Assembly: GCA_965262915.1 (NCBI GenBank)
Contig: OZ253564.1
Location: forward strand, 1 to 64,000
Source: Candidatus Spongiisociaceae bacterium
GTDB taxonomy: Bacteria; Actinomycetota; Acidimicrobiia; Spongiisociales; Spongiisociaceae
Direction: 5' to 3'
DNA length: 64,000 nt
The translations under genes were made by a program, and so were the position numbers. The notes below the pieces were generated by a model. That model was not told the DNA's origin and did no database searches. It worked only from the letters and a program-made list of their open reading frames with translations. Position 1 is the stretch's first letter. Each line of letters begins with the position of its first letter. Below, piece after piece: positions 40,463 to 51,393 of this stretch.

Positions 40463-41828
40463 GCCATCCCACCTTTTTCGAGACTCTCGATGTCTCTCGC
40501 CTGTTCCGGGAGTATCCGCTGGGCGAGGATTTCACCGACAGGTACGGGCGTATGAGCACCGACGAGCTGAGGGCCATCCAGAATCGGCGGTTTCGCAGAG
40601 TGATGCGGAGGGGCTGGGCGACTCCTTTCTATCGCCGACTCTGGAGTAGGGAGGGCATGGAACCCGGCGACATATCGGGGCTGGACGATCTCCATCTCCT
40701 GCCCACCTACGACAAGTCCGACATCATGGCCTCGGTCGAGTCCCACCCTCCGCTGGGAGACGCAACGGGGATGGAGTCCTATGCCGAAGGTGAGGCTCCT
40801 CCCATGATCCTGCACACCACGAGCGGCACGACCGGCGCTCCCCAGCCCCTGGTGTTCGGACCTTGGGGACGGGAGGTGGCCAATCTCTTGGTGGGCAGGA
40901 TGTATACGTGGCAGGGTGTCGGGTCCGACGATGTGGTGCATTCCGTATACGGCCATGGGATGGTCAACGGCGGGCACTACATACGGGAAGCCGTTACCCA
41001 TTTCACTCCGCCACCTTTCTCTCCGCAGGGACGGGGGCGGAGACCCCTTCCGTTCGCCAGGTCCAGATCATGAAACGGTTCGGCGCCACGGTGCTGGTGG
41101 GGTTCGTCGACTACCTGCGTCGCTTGGCCGAAGTTGCCACCGACGAGGGCCTTCACCCCCGAGCGGACATACCGGTGCGCATGATCGTCGGTCATCTCGG
41201 AACGGGCGGACGCCGGGAGGTGGAGAAGGCCTGGGGAGGGGTTCCGGCCTATGACTGGTACGGGGTGGCCGACACCGGCTCGGTGGCCGGTGAAGGACCC
41301 GAACGGGACGGGATGTACGTATGGGAGGATGCCCACTTCCTGGAAGTGCTCGATCCCGAGACTGGGAAGGCGGCGGCTAGAGGGGACATGGTGGTCACCT
41401 GTCTTTACAAGGAGGACTTGGGGCCGGTCATCAGGTTCAACACCCACGATGTCACCGAGTGGCTGGCCGGACGGGGCGCGTCCGGCCTGGTGTTCCGCCG
41501 CATCCGGGGCTTCATGGGGCGCTCGGACAACATGGTGAAGATCCGGGGAGTCAGCATCTACCCCGAGTCCCTGGCGGGGTGGGTCGCCGCCCAGCCAGGG
41601 TGCACGGGTGCCTACTACTGCCGGTCCACCCGCCGCTCTTCGGGCAGGGAGGAGTTGACGGTGGTGATCGAACGGTCCGGAGGTGACGCTGCTCACTTTG
41701 CGGAGGAGTTGCGCCGCATCCTGGGAGTCGCGGTGCAGGTGGACTTCCAACGCCCCGGAGCAACAGCCGCGGTGACCGGGGTCGACCGACGGCAGAAGCC
41801 CATCCGCCTGGTCGACGAACGCCGGTGA
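40459..41828 (+). pseudogene. Phenylacetate-CoA ligase family protein with a 1-nt frameshift near 41006
   Basis: PFYRRLW, TTSGTTG in one frame; WYG, RFNTHD, GRSDNMVKIRGVSIYP in another; both ends overlap neighbours; may be a sequencing error. Confidence 0.82.
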
Positions 41829-43099
41829 TCGCCCAGCTAGCCCGCCGCTTGGAAGCGGGAGATATCACAGCCACCGAACTCGTAAAGGCCTGTCTAGCCG
41901 AGATCGCCACCCGAGACGCCCATCTCCGCTGCTTTCTCGAAGTCGACGAAGCCGGGGCCTTGGCACAGGCCCGGGACTCGGACCGGCGAAGAAGGAACGG
42001 CCAGGCTCTGGGTGCCTTGGACGGGATACCGGTTGCGGTGAAAGCCAACCTGGCAGTGAGTGGATTCTCCTGGTCCGGGGGGATGGCGACCCGGACACAC
42101 GTCAGGCCGTCCGAGGACGCCGCGGCCGTGGCGGCTCTCCGGGCAAGCGGGGCGGTGATCGTGGGAACAACCAACCTCCCGGAGGCGGCGATGGGGGCGG
42201 TCACCGCCAACCCCGGGTTCGGGACATGCCGCAACCCCCGACTTCCCGACCGTCACGCAGGAGGGTCGAGCGGCGGCTCGGGGGCAGCCATAGCGGCCGG
42301 CATGTCGTGGCTGGCGCTCGGCTCCGACACCATGGGCTCGGTGCGGATTCCAGCCGCCTGGTGCGGCATAGCCGGATGGAAGCCTTCAGCAGGGATCGTC
42401 CCGACCCACGGACTCCTTCCGCTGTCGGCTCGCCTCGATACGGTCGGCTTGCTGGCCACCAACTCGGACGATGTCATGATCGCTGCGCAGGCTGCCGGAT
42501 ACCTCAACTCCTCGACACCCGACACCTGTCCACCTTATCTGCTCGTCCCACTGGATCTGGTGGAAGGCACTCCTACCGAGATACAGGAGACCTTCTGGGA
42601 AGCAGTGTCGGAGATCGGATGGACGCTGGAGAGGATCCGTTTGGGATTCGACCCGGCTCGGGTGCGCCGGGCGGGGCTCCTGGCTGTGGAGGCGGAGGCT
42701 TACCTGTTCTACCGGGAGGCTCTCAGAGAGAACCCGGGAGGATTCTCGGCGCAGGTTCGCTCCATGCTGGAGTACGCGGAGGTGGCGCCGGCGTGGAAGC
42801 TGGCTCGCTCCTATCAGATCCTGGATGAAGTGCGCCGCCGGATGGCTGGGCTGACCTCGGCGGACCATCACCTGCTTGCTCTTCCCACCACTCCTCAACC
42901 ACCTGTCTCGCTGACCGAGCCCGAGCCCGCCCATCTCGGAGACCTCACCGCCTTCGTCAACGCAGCGGGCGCCTGCGCCGTCTCCATACCGGTCCTGTCC
43001 GTTACCGACGGCCCGGTGGGACTGCAACTGGCCGGTCGTCCCCGAGCCGACCGGGTTCTGCTGCAGGCCGCTCAGGAAGCGGAGAACCGCCTCGGATAG
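41825..43099 (+). CDS. Amidase signature family protein
   Basis: LDGIPVAVKAN, GGSSGGS, LGSDTMGSVRIPAA, PVGLQL. Confidence 0.9.
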   Translation: MIAQLARRLEAGDITATELVKACLAEIATRDAHLRCFLEVDEAGALAQARDSDRRRRNGQALGALDGIPVAVKANLAVSGFSWSGGMATRTHVRPSEDAAAVAALRASGAVIVGTTNLPEAAMGAVTANPGFGTCRNPRLPDRHAGGSSGGSGAAIAAGMSWLALGSDTMGSVRIPAAWCGIAGWKPSAGIVPTHGLLPLSARLDTVGLLATNSDDVMIAAQAAGYLNSSTPDTCPPYLLVPLDLVEGTPTEIQETFWEAVSEIGWTLERIRLGFDPARVRRAGLLAVEAEAYLFYREALRENPGGFSAQVRSMLEYAEVAPAWKLARSYQILDEVRRRMAGLTSADHHLLALPTTPQPPVSLTEPEPAHLGDLTAFVNAAGACAVSIPVLSVTDGPVGLQLAGRPRADRVLLQAAQEAENRLG

Positions 43100-43147
43100 T
43101 GCTGAGGAGACCGCCGGCGGCCCACCCCCAATCCCAGCGTGCCGAGA

Positions 43148-43930
43148 TCAGCGGAAGCTGAACCGGGGCGGGCGGCGTTCGAGGAAGGCGGTCACTCCTT
43201 CCAGATGGTCTTCGCCCTCCAGGGCCTGGATGGCCAGCCGGGCGGCCTCTTCGTTCTCCTCGGTGAGGCCGTCTTCTATCAACCGGATGATCCGCTTGGT
43301 GGCTCGCACCGAGAACTGGGAGGCGGCGGTGATCTTGCGGCACAGGTCGGCAACTTCTCCGTCCAACCGCTCGGGTTGGGTGAGGCCGTCGAGCAGACCG
43401 ATTCGCTCCGCCTCTTCGGCATCGAACACATCGCCGGTGTAGAGAAGGCGTTTGGCAGCCCCCGCGCCGACGGCCCGAACCAGCTCCACCGTTCCGGGGA
43501 AGAGATAGACCATCCCCATTCGAGACGGGGAGATGGAGAAGAAGGAGGTGGTGTCGGCGATGCGGAAATCAGTGGCCAGCGCGATCGCCACCCCGCCCCC
43601 GAAACAAGCTCCCCTGATGGCGCTGATCGAGGGCTTGGCCATTTCCCGGAGAGCCACCAGTGCCTCGGAGACCCGCCGGCGACTGTCGCGGCTCCAGTCC
43701 GCATCACCCACCTGCGCCCGGTACTCGTTGAGGTCGGCGCCTGCGCAGAAAGCGTCCGGAGTGGAGCCCCGGATCACCAGCACCTTCACTTGGGGGTCGG
43801 CGTCGACCTCGGCCACCAGCTCGGGAAGCCGTCTCCACATGGCATCGGTGATGGAGTTCTTCTTCCGGGGTCGGTTGATCACCAGGGTGGCTACGCCATC
43901 GGCTTTGGATATGTAAAGAGGCTCGTCCAC
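43148..43930 (-). CDS. Enoyl-CoA hydratase/isomerase family protein
   Basis: NRP.KKNS, FCAGADL, KP.I.AI.G.CFGGG, EGVTAFLERRPP. Confidence 0.9.
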   Translation of the reverse strand: MDEPLYISKADGVATLVINRPRKKNSITDAMWRRLPELVAEVDADPQVKVLVIRGSTPDAFCAGADLNEYRAQVGDADWSRDSRRRVSEALVALREMAKPSISAIRGACFGGGVAIALATDFRIADTTSFFSISPSRMGMVYLFPGTVELVRAVGAGAAKRLLYTGDVFDAEEAERIGLLDGLTQPERLDGEVADLCRKITAASQFSVRATKRIIRLIEDGLTEENEEAARLAIQALEGEDHLEGVTAFLERRPPRFSFR

Positions 43931-43959
43931 ACCCCCAGGCTATATAACCTTCAGCTTGG

Positions 43960-44829
43960 ATGACTGCTGCCGCTGCCTACCGCTGGCCACAGGGTGCTCT
44001 CCTGGCGCTCTCGGTGGTGATCAACGTGGAAGAAGGCGCGGAGATGTCGGTGCTGGATGGGGACCGCGGCCCGGAACCGGTCGACGAGATGGGGATCGTG
44101 CTCAAGCGTCCCATCCGCAATCGTGCGAACGAGACGAACTACCGCTATGGGATCGAAGAAGGGTTCAGGCGGGTAGGGCAGGCGCTGGATGAGCACCGGA
44201 TTGCGGCTACCTGGACGGCCGCCGCTCTGGCACTGGAGCGGGCACCCGAAGTTGCCCGATTCATCGCCGGACGCGGTGACGAAACCGCCAGTCACGGATA
44301 TCGCTGGTCCCACCAGTTCCGCATGGACGAATCCGAAGAGCGAGAGTTCATCCGAAAGGCGGTACGCTCGATCGCCCGTACCACCGGCACCCGCCCGGTC
44401 GGGCATCTGTCCCGGTACCTGGTGAGCGACAACACCCGGCGGATTCTCGCCGAAGAGGGGTTCCTCTACCACATGGACGACTACTCGCGAGACGAGCCCT
44501 TCTGGGACGTCGTGGACGGGAGACCCCTGGTGATCATGCCTTATGCGCTGGACACCAACGACATGAAGATGTGGGCGGAACCCTCCTACACCCCGAGCCA
44601 ATGGTTGGAGTACGCGGTCCATACCTTCGACTGTCTCCATGCGGAAGGCGCCGACCGTCCCCGGATGATGTCACTGGGTTTGCACCTGCGGGTGATCGGC
44701 CGTCCGGGACGCATCGGGGCACTGCACCGCTTCTTGGAACACGTAGGTTCCCGTTCCGGGGTCTGGGTTGCCACCCGCCGCAACATCGCCGAGTGCTTCG
44801 CCTCCCAGGTTTCGCCACCCAAGCCGTGA
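43960..44829 (+). CDS. Polysaccharide deacetylase family protein (PuuE allantoinase-like)
   Basis: VINVEEG, SHGYRW, PYALDTND, SLGLHLRVIGRPGR. Confidence 0.88.
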   Translation: MTAAAAYRWPQGALLALSVVINVEEGAEMSVLDGDRGPEPVDEMGIVLKRPIRNRANETNYRYGIEEGFRRVGQALDEHRIAATWTAAALALERAPEVARFIAGRGDETASHGYRWSHQFRMDESEEREFIRKAVRSIARTTGTRPVGHLSRYLVSDNTRRILAEEGFLYHMDDYSRDEPFWDVVDGRPLVIMPYALDTNDMKMWAEPSYTPSQWLEYAVHTFDCLHAEGADRPRMMSLGLHLRVIGRPGRIGALHRFLEHVGSRSGVWVATRRNIAECFASQVSPPKP

Positions 44830-45884
44830 ACCGTCCTACCGTATCTGAATTGAGCCGGGCACCCAAGGTGCTCTTGCACGACCACCTCGACGGTGGGCTT
44901 CGTCCCTCCACGATCGCGGAGTTGGCGGACCGGTGCGGGTACCGGGGGCTTCCCACCCGCGACCCGGAAGCCCTGGCGCTCCATATCCAGCAGGGGGCAC
45001 AACGTCGCAGCCTCGAGCTCTATCTGGACATGTTCCGGTACACATTCGGCGTCATGCAGACGGATCGTGCTCTCTACCGGGTGGCGGCCGAGTGCGCCCA
45101 GGACCTCGCGGATGACGGCGTGGTGTATGCGGAGGTGCGGTTCGCCCCCGAACTCCATCTCGAAGGCGGACTCCGACCCGACGAGGTTGTACGGGCGGTC
45201 GTAGCTGGGTTCCGCGACGGTAGCGAGGGGCGCAACATCCGCATCGGCGTACTCGTTACAGCCATGAGAACGGCCTCGCGCAGCCGGGAGATCGCGGAGT
45301 TGGCTCTACGGCACCGGGACCGGGGGGTGGTCGGGTTCGACGTCGCCGGCGCCGAGGCCGGGTATCCACCTTCCCAGCACCTCGAAGCCTTCGACCTGTT
45401 GGGTCGCAACGGGCTTCCTTTCACCATCCACGCCGGAGAAGCAGACGGTCTGCCCTCCATCCGGGAAGCCGTCCACACGTGCGGCGCCCACCGGATCGGC
45501 CACGGGCTCCGCATCGCTGATGACATCGGATCCGGCGACGTTCTCGGCTCGCTCGCCGCCTACATCCGCAAGCGACAGGTCCCTCTCGAACTCTGCCCTA
45601 CTTCGAACACTCACATCGGAGCGGCGCCCTCGATCGCCGCACACCCGATCAGCCAACTGTTGGACCTCGGCTTCCGGGTCACCCTCAACACGGACAACCG
45701 TCTGATGGGCGGGATCTCCCTCACGGGAGAGTTCGACCGTTGCTGCAGTGCATTCGGATGGTCATGGGCCGACGTGCACCGGTTGACCATCAACGCCATG
45801 GACAGCGCCTTCCTCCCTGCCGACGAGCGCAACGACATCATCGCCAGAGAGATCGAGCCCTGGTACGCCGACCGTCCCGCCTGA
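44826..45884 (+). CDS. add: Adenosine deaminase
   Basis: PKVLLHDHLDGG, YAEVRFAPE, TIHAGE, RIGHG, LELCPTSN, NTDN; GTGA overlap. Confidence 0.92.
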   Translation: MNRPTVSELSRAPKVLLHDHLDGGLRPSTIAELADRCGYRGLPTRDPEALALHIQQGAQRRSLELYLDMFRYTFGVMQTDRALYRVAAECAQDLADDGVVYAEVRFAPELHLEGGLRPDEVVRAVVAGFRDGSEGRNIRIGVLVTAMRTASRSREIAELALRHRDRGVVGFDVAGAEAGYPPSQHLEAFDLLGRNGLPFTIHAGEADGLPSIREAVHTCGAHRIGHGLRIADDIGSGDVLGSLAAYIRKRQVPLELCPTSNTHIGAAPSIAAHPISQLLDLGFRVTLNTDNRLMGGISLTGEFDRCCSAFGWSWADVHRLTINAMDSAFLPADERNDIIAREIEPWYADRPA

Positions 45885-46019
45885 CCCGACCGTTCCCACC
45901 ATTGGACGGGGCCGGACTAGGAGGGTGGTGTAAAACCCCTTCACGGCCCGTCGACCGATAACATAACGCCTGTTCAGAGGAAGACGGGCCGTTGCTCACC
46001 ACCGTCTTGGACCACCCTC

Positions 46020-46940
46020 CTACGAGACCGCTTGGACCTCGGGCCTCTTGGTCTGCATCCGACGTTGCCGCTGTTCCGCAATTAGCTGCACGGCAGCCGC
46101 CTCGATCATGTGATAGGACTCCGCGTCGCTGGGAAACCCACCTGAGCGCACGTCGGTTACCCAGTTGCCGATGGCTCCGATGGCCTCGTCGGCCAGGCCC
46201 GCGTAACGTCTGACAAATTTCGGGTAACGACCGAAGTTGAACCCGAGCAGATCGTGGGTGACCAGCACTTGGCCATCGGTGTGCGGCCCGGCCCCGATCC
46301 CGATGGTGGGGACGGTCACCTGCTGGGTGATCACCTGTGCGAGGGTGACGGGAACACCCTCGAGTACCAGGGCGAATACACCGGCCTCGTCGAGCGCCCT
46401 TGCGTCGCCGATCAGCCGGCGGGCGTCCTCGATACCCCGACCCATGACCTTGTAGCCGCCCATGGAGTGCACCGACTGGGGAGTCAAGCCAATATGGCCC
46501 ATCACCGGGATCTCCGCCGAGAGGATCTTGCGGATCATCTCCACCCGTTCCGTGCCTCCCTCCAGCTTCACCGCCTCGGCGCCTCCCTCGCGAACCAGCC
46601 GGGCCGCGTTGCGGAGGGTCTCTTCGGGACTGACGTGGAAGCTCATCCAGGGCATGTCACCGATCAGCAAGGACTTCGGCCTGGAACGGGCTACCGCGGC
46701 AGTGTGGTGGATCATGTCTTCGAGCGTCACCTCGTTGGTGGTCTCGTATCCGAGGACCACGTTGGCCACGGAGTCGCCCACCAGGATCATGTCCACCCCG
46801 GCCTGATCGGCGATCTTGCCGCCCGGATAGTCGTAGGCGGTAACCATCGCTATCTTCTCGCCGCCCTTGCGGGCCTGCACCGCGGGTGCGGTCACCTTCT
46901 TGCGGACGGCTGGTCCACCGTTGGGAGTCGGTTGCGACAT
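46020..46940 (-). CDS. panB: 3-methyl-2-oxobutanoate hydroxymethyltransferase
   Basis: TAYD, ILVGDS, DMPW, VKLEGG, GHIGLTPQ, IGIGAG, DGQVLV. Confidence 0.96.
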   Translation of the reverse strand: MSQPTPNGGPAVRKKVTAPAVQARKGGEKIAMVTAYDYPGGKIADQAGVDMILVGDSVANVVLGYETTNEVTLEDMIHHTAAVARSRPKSLLIGDMPWMSFHVSPEETLRNAARLVREGGAEAVKLEGGTERVEMIRKILSAEIPVMGHIGLTPQSVHSMGGYKVMGRGIEDARRLIGDARALDEAGVFALVLEGVPVTLAQVITQQVTVPTIGIGAGPHTDGQVLVTHDLLGFNFGRYPKFVRRYAGLADEAIGAIGNWVTDVRSGGFPSDAESYHMIEAAAVQLIAEQRQRRMQTKRPEVQAVS

Positions 46941-47040
46941 GGCTGCTCCGTTTCTCCCCACCTTCGAGGTTGGGGGACACCTCCCGGCCCAGAGCCGGAG
47001 AGCAAATCGATCTGGTTGGTTCCGGTCCCCGGACTCGCCC
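46941..47040 (-). promoter_or_regulatory. Structured 5' leader of panB, candidate cis-regulatory RNA
   Basis: Two consecutive bulged hairpins (46981-47000, 46955-46977) just upstream of the RBS. Confidence 0.4.
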
Positions 47041-47097
47041 GCCTCGTTGTGGTCGCGCTGTCCGGCCGGAATACGCCAACTCTACCGGATCAGATCC

Positions 47098-47715
47098 TCA
47101 CCAGCCTCGGGCAATCCATTCGGGAAGTTCGGGGCGTTCCGTTCCGATGGTGGTAGCCGTCGGACCGTGCCCCGGATAGACCTCGGTCGAGTCGTCCAGA
47201 GCGAACAGGTGCTCCTTGATGCTCTTGATGATGGTGTCGAAGTCCCCGCCCTCGTACTGGGTGGCGCCGGGGCCTCCCGGGAAGAGCGTATCTCCCGAGA
47301 AGAGCACCCCGGGGCTCAGGAAGCACACCGACCCGGGAGTATGTCCGGGGGTATGCATGGTCAGCAGGCTGGTCTCGCCGAGCTGGACCACGTCGCCGTG
47401 GGCGAGGGGCGTGGGGGTGATCGGGGTGGTACGGGCCGCCAACTCGTAGTCGGCCGGGTGAAGCAGGAACGGTACCCTCAGAGCCTCGACCACCGGAGCC
47501 ACCGCCCTAAGATGGTCGTAGTGCCCGTGGGTGGTCAGGAGCGCTTCCACCTCCACGCCGTCAGCCAACTCGAGGACCCGATCGGGTTCTGCAGCCGCAT
47601 CGATGATCACGCCCTTGCCCGTGTGGGCGCATGCCACTACGAAGGCGTTGTTGTCGTACTCGCCCACCAAAGCTGCCTTGGTCAATATCGTGCCGTTGTC
47701 GAATGTCCAACTCAT
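47098..47715 (-). CDS. MBL-fold metallo-hydrolase (glyoxalase II-like)
   Basis: THGHYDH, HTPGHTPG, FSGD, YPGHG. Confidence 0.92.
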   Translation of the reverse strand: MSWTFDNGTILTKAALVGEYDNNAFVVACAHTGKGVIIDAAAEPDRVLELADGVEVEALLTTHGHYDHLRAVAPVVEALRVPFLLHPADYELAARTTPITPTPLAHGDVVQLGETSLLTMHTPGHTPGSVCFLSPGVLFSGDTLFPGGPGATQYEGGDFDTIIKSIKEHLFALDDSTEVYPGHGPTATTIGTERPELPEWIARGW

Positions 47716-47742
47716 AGTCGCCACTGTAGCCAGTGGCCGCCA

Positions 47743-47979
47743 TCAGGTGGCCGGGTGGTCCTGGCCGGCTGCCGGGGTCTCGCCGGCCGCGGGTCTGGTC
47801 GGTGCCAGACCGGCGGGTCGGGCGGACCGGACCGTCGAAGCCGGCAGCGGACCGGATCCAGCCGTCTCCCCGTCGCAGCACTCCGCCTGGTTCAGCCCGA
47901 ACATCGGGCACCGGCCGTCGAGGCACGCCGCGTGGCCGTGAATGTATCCGAGGGGTGTGCCACACCAAGCGCAGTTCAC
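47743..47979 (-). CDS. Small Cys/His-rich hypothetical protein
   Basis: CAWC..HGH..C...C....ECCDGE; co-oriented with MBL hydrolase and panB. Confidence 0.55.
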   Translation of the reverse strand: MNCAWCGTPLGYIHGHAACLDGRCPMFGLNQAECCDGETAGSGPLPASTVRSARPAGLAPTRPAAGETPAAGQDHPAT

Positions 47980-48075
47980 CGGGTTCTCTCTTCTGGGGTG
48001 GAGGATCGACCTTACCCTGACGTGGCGTTCGCACCACGGATCAAACTGTTTGCCTGCCAGGCATTCAGGCCAGAA

Positions 48076-48110
48076 CTTGATATGTACAGACTCAGATTTT
48101 ATGGTATAAT
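48076..48110 (+). promoter_or_regulatory. HspR-associated inverted repeat (HAIR)-like operator and extended -10 of clpB
   Basis: CTTGAta-N7-ACTCAga versus consensus CTTGAGT-N7-ACTCAAG; TGgTATAAT at 48102-48110. Confidence 0.65.
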
Positions 48111-48173
48111 CAAACGTAGTTCGGTGTTGGACCAGATGGCAACCCCCAGCACCCGGCAGGAGATAGGTAACTC

Positions 48174-50771
48174 ATGGACGCAGCCAGGTTCACCCAGAAG
48201 TCACAGCAAGCCTTGGTTTCGGCCAGGGATGCCGCGGTCGGCGCCAACCATCAGACTGTCGAGCCCGCCCACCTGCTGGTCGCGCTGCTGGGGCAGCCCG
48301 ATACCGTCGCCCTACCCCTGCTGGCCAGGCTCGACGTCAATCCCGCCATCCTTCGCCGGGAGGCCGGCCAGCTGGTCGATTCCCTGCCGAAGGTCTTCGG
48401 AGGGACCGAGATCGGCTACTCGCGAGACACGATCCGGGTGTTGGAGGACGCCCAATCGGAGATGGCCTCCGCCGGAGACAGCTACACGTCGGTGGAGCAC
48501 CTACTGCTGGCCATGGCCGCTTCCAAGACCGCCGCCGGCGAACTCCTGCGTTCCTCGGGTGTCACCCGTGAAGCCATCGCCACCGTGCTGGAAGAGGTCC
48601 GGGGAGCCCGGCGGGTCACCACGGACAACCCCGAAGCCACCCAGGGCACTCTGGAGCAGTACGGGCGCGATCTGGTGGCACTGGCAGCCGAGGGCAAGCT
48701 CGACCCGGTGATCGGACGGGACGGCGAGATCCGCCGGATGATCCAGATTCTCAGCCGGCGGACCAAGAACAACCCGGTCCTCATCGGGGAGCCGGGGGTA
48801 GGCAAGACCGCCATCGCCGAAGGGCTCGCACTCCGGATCCTCGACGGTGACGTGCCCGAAGGCCTGAAGAACAAGCGGATCGTGGCCCTCGACCTCGGCG
48901 CGATGGTGGCGGGCGCCAAGTACCGGGGGGAGTTCGAGGAGCGCCTGAAGGCCACCCTCGACGAGATCAAGGCCGCCGATGGCAGGATCATCACCTTCAT
49001 CGACGAGATGCACACGCTGGTGGGCGCGGGCGCCGCCGAAGGCGCGATGGACGCCTCCAACATGCTCAAGCCCCTGCTGGCCAGGGGCGAGCTCCGCATG
49101 ATCGGCGCCACCACCCTGGACGAGTATCGCAAGCATGTGGAGAAGGACGCCGCGCTCGAGCGCCGGTTCCAGCCTGTGATGGTCGAGCCGCCTACCGTCG
49201 ACGAGACGGTCGGCATCCTGCGCGGTCTGAAAGAGCGCTACGAGGTTCACCACGGGGTACGGATCACCGACGGCGCGCTGATCGCCGCGGCTGTGCTGTC
49301 GGACCGTTACATCACGTCACGCCACCTGCCCGACAAGGCCATCGACCTGATGGACGAGTCCGCTTCCCGGCTGCGGATCGAGATCGACTCGATGCCCGAG
49401 GAGATCGACACCCTGACCCGTCGCGTCCGCCAGCTCGAGATCGAGTCCAATGCCCTCGAGCGGGAACCCGATGAGGGATCCAAAGCCCGGCTGGCTGCCG
49501 TACGCCAGGAGATCGCCGAGCTGTCGGAGGAACTCGACCGTCTCATGACCCACTGGCAGCACGAGAAGGACCAGATCGAAGCGATCAGGACCACCAAGCA
49601 CCAGATTGAGGACGCACGGGTCGAATCGGACCGCGCCACCCGGGCGGGGGACCTCCAGCGAGCGGCCGAACTCCAGTACGGCATCCTGCCGGGCCTGGCT
49701 TCCGAGCTGGTCTCACGTGAGAAGGAACTCGCCGATCTCCAGGCGGTGATGAGCATGCTGGCTGAGGAGGTGACCGACGAGGACGTGGCCTCGGTCGTGA
49801 GCCAGTGGACCGGCATCCCAGTATCCCGCCTCATGGAGAGCGAGATGGCCAAGCTGGTGCACCTCGAGGACCACCTCCACGAACGGGTGATCGGCCAGGA
49901 CGCCGCAGTCGGGGCGGTGGCGGGCGCGATCCGTCGTAGCAGGGCCGGGCTGGCCGATCCGAACCGCCCGATCGGCTCCTTCCTGTTCCTAGGCCCCACT
50001 GGAGTCGGCAAGACCGAGCTGGCCAAGGCGCTGGCCGCGTTCATGTTCGACGACGAGCGGGCCATGGTGAGGATCGACATGTCCGAGTACATGGAGAGGC
50101 ACTCGGTGAGCCGGCTGCTCGGCGCTCCTCCCGGCTACGTGGGCTACGACGAAGGCGGCCAACTGACCGAGGCGATACGGCGGCGCCCCTACGCGGTGGT
50201 ACTGCTCGACGAGGTGGAGAAGGCTCACGCCGATGTGTTCGGCGCCCTCCTCCAGGTCCTCGACGACGGCCGCCTCACCGACGGCCACGGGCGCACGGTC
50301 GACTTCACCAACTCGGTGCTGATCATGACTTCCAACCTGGGCTCGGAACTGATCACCCCCGATCTGCCCTACGAGGCGGTCCGCAGCCGCGTCATGGGGG
50401 TGGTGCGGCGCCACTTCCGCCCGGAGTTCCTCAACCGGATCGACGACATACTCGTCTTCTCCCGGCTGACCGAAGAGGACCTGCGGCAGATCGTCGACCT
50501 CCAGTTGGCGAGGCTCGCCGAGCGGATCAAGACCCGTGACATCACCCTGGAGTTGACCGATGCCGCGGCGGCCTGGCTGGCGGCCGAAGGGTACGACCCG
50601 GCCTACGGCGCCCGGCCGCTCAAGCGCCTACTCCAGACCGCCCTCGTCGACCCCCTGGCCCTGGGTCTGCTCGAAGGACGTTTCGGGCCCGGCGACACGG
50701 TGACCGTGACCACCGACAACGGAGGACTGGTCCTCTCCACCTACCAGTGGCCGATGGCCGTCGGTCAGTAA
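48174..50771 (+). CDS. clpB: ATP-dependent chaperone ClpB
   Basis: Two AAA+ modules ([16 protein letters not shown]), [11 protein letters not shown], long middle coiled coil, 865 aa. Confidence 0.98.
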   Translation: MDAARFTQKSQQALVSARDAAVGANHQTVEPAHLLVALLGQPDTVALPLLARLDVNPAILRREAGQLVDSLPKVFGGTEIGYSRDTIRVLEDAQSEMASAGDSYTSVEHLLLAMAASKTAAGELLRSSGVTREAIATVLEEVRGARRVTTDNPEATQGTLEQYGRDLVALAAEGKLDPVIGRDGEIRRMIQILSRRTKNNPVLIGEPGVGKTAIAEGLALRILDGDVPEGLKNKRIVALDLGAMVAGAKYRGEFEERLKATLDEIKAADGRIITFIDEMHTLVGAGAAEGAMDASNMLKPLLARGELRMIGATTLDEYRKHVEKDAALERRFQPVMVEPPTVDETVGILRGLKERYEVHHGVRITDGALIAAAVLSDRYITSRHLPDKAIDLMDESASRLRIEIDSMPEEIDTLTRRVRQLEIESNALEREPDEGSKARLAAVRQEIAELSEELDRLMTHWQHEKDQIEAIRTTKHQIEDARVESDRATRAGDLQRAAELQYGILPGLASELVSREKELADLQAVMSMLAEEVTDEDVASVVSQWTGIPVSRLMESEMAKLVHLEDHLHERVIGQDAAVGAVAGAIRRSRAGLADPNRPIGSFLFLGPTGVGKTELAKALAAFMFDDERAMVRIDMSEYMERHSVSRLLGAPPGYVGYDEGGQLTEAIRRRPYAVVLLDEVEKAHADVFGALLQVLDDGRLTDGHGRTVDFTNSVLIMTSNLGSELITPDLPYEAVRSRVMGVVRRHFRPEFLNRIDDILVFSRLTEEDLRQIVDLQLARLAERIKTRDITLELTDAAAAWLAAEGYDPAYGARPLKRLLQTALVDPLALGLLEGRFGPGDTVTVTTDNGGLVLSTYQWPMAVGQ

Positions 50772-50861
50772 ATGGGCCCTCCGTAGCCCGCGCCCGCGGC
50801 CGGTCGTTCCGTGGCCGACTGCCGTGACCGGCCGCCGGCGGAGAGGGGACGGGTCGTTGCT

Positions 50862-51167
50862 ATGGGGGTTGTCCTGACCGTCGACCTCATCCCATCCCTA
50901 AGACCCAAAGTGCACCAGGCTGAGGTCCAAGCAGCCGTGAACGCCTTCTGCGAAACCTGCGAGACAGAACCTGTGGACGGCGAGACGTTCGCGCGGACAC
51001 ATAGACAAGTCGAAAAACTCGCCTTCTACCTAAACGCCGACCAGTGCCAACGCGTCAACCACGCCTACGAGGCCGAGATGCGCCGCCGACTCGAAGCCGG
51101 AGGAATCGCTGCCCATCGGCCGCCGCTCCGGCCTCACCCCGACATGGACAACTCCTACTTCCACTAA
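50862..51167 (+). pseudogene. Probable C-terminal remnant of a larger protein (resembles tails of DisA_N/diadenylate cyclase-domain proteins)
   Basis: VDLIP.LRP...FYL..DQC..VN...PHPDMDNSYF pattern recalled from such proteins; no DAC motifs upstream. Confidence 0.4.
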
Positions 51168-51393
51168 GCCCTACCCGACGTGGAGTTTCAAGCGGGCAGC
51201 GACCTAGTTCGGGTCCACCGGTGTCCAATATGTCGGGTCCCGTGTTACAGGTTCCTCGGAATATGTCCTCCCTCCAGAGCGTGCTTCCTCGGAGTCCCTA
51301 CGGTGTGTAGGGCTGCTCACCCGAAACGGGCATTGGCTGCGGCTGCGTACTGGGATACCCCGGCGGGCCACCCGGAGGGGCTTAGGAACCCGA

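Noticed and set aside
41825-43099. Calling the amidase gatA
   Set aside because: No gatB or gatC adjacent; shorter and diverged
46867-48711. Long alternative ORFs (e.g. 614 aa here, 8982-10643, 7021-8598, 2440-3777, 26286-27728)
   Set aside because: Shadow frames of well-supported genes in high-GC DNA with Arg/Pro/Gly-rich, motif-less translations
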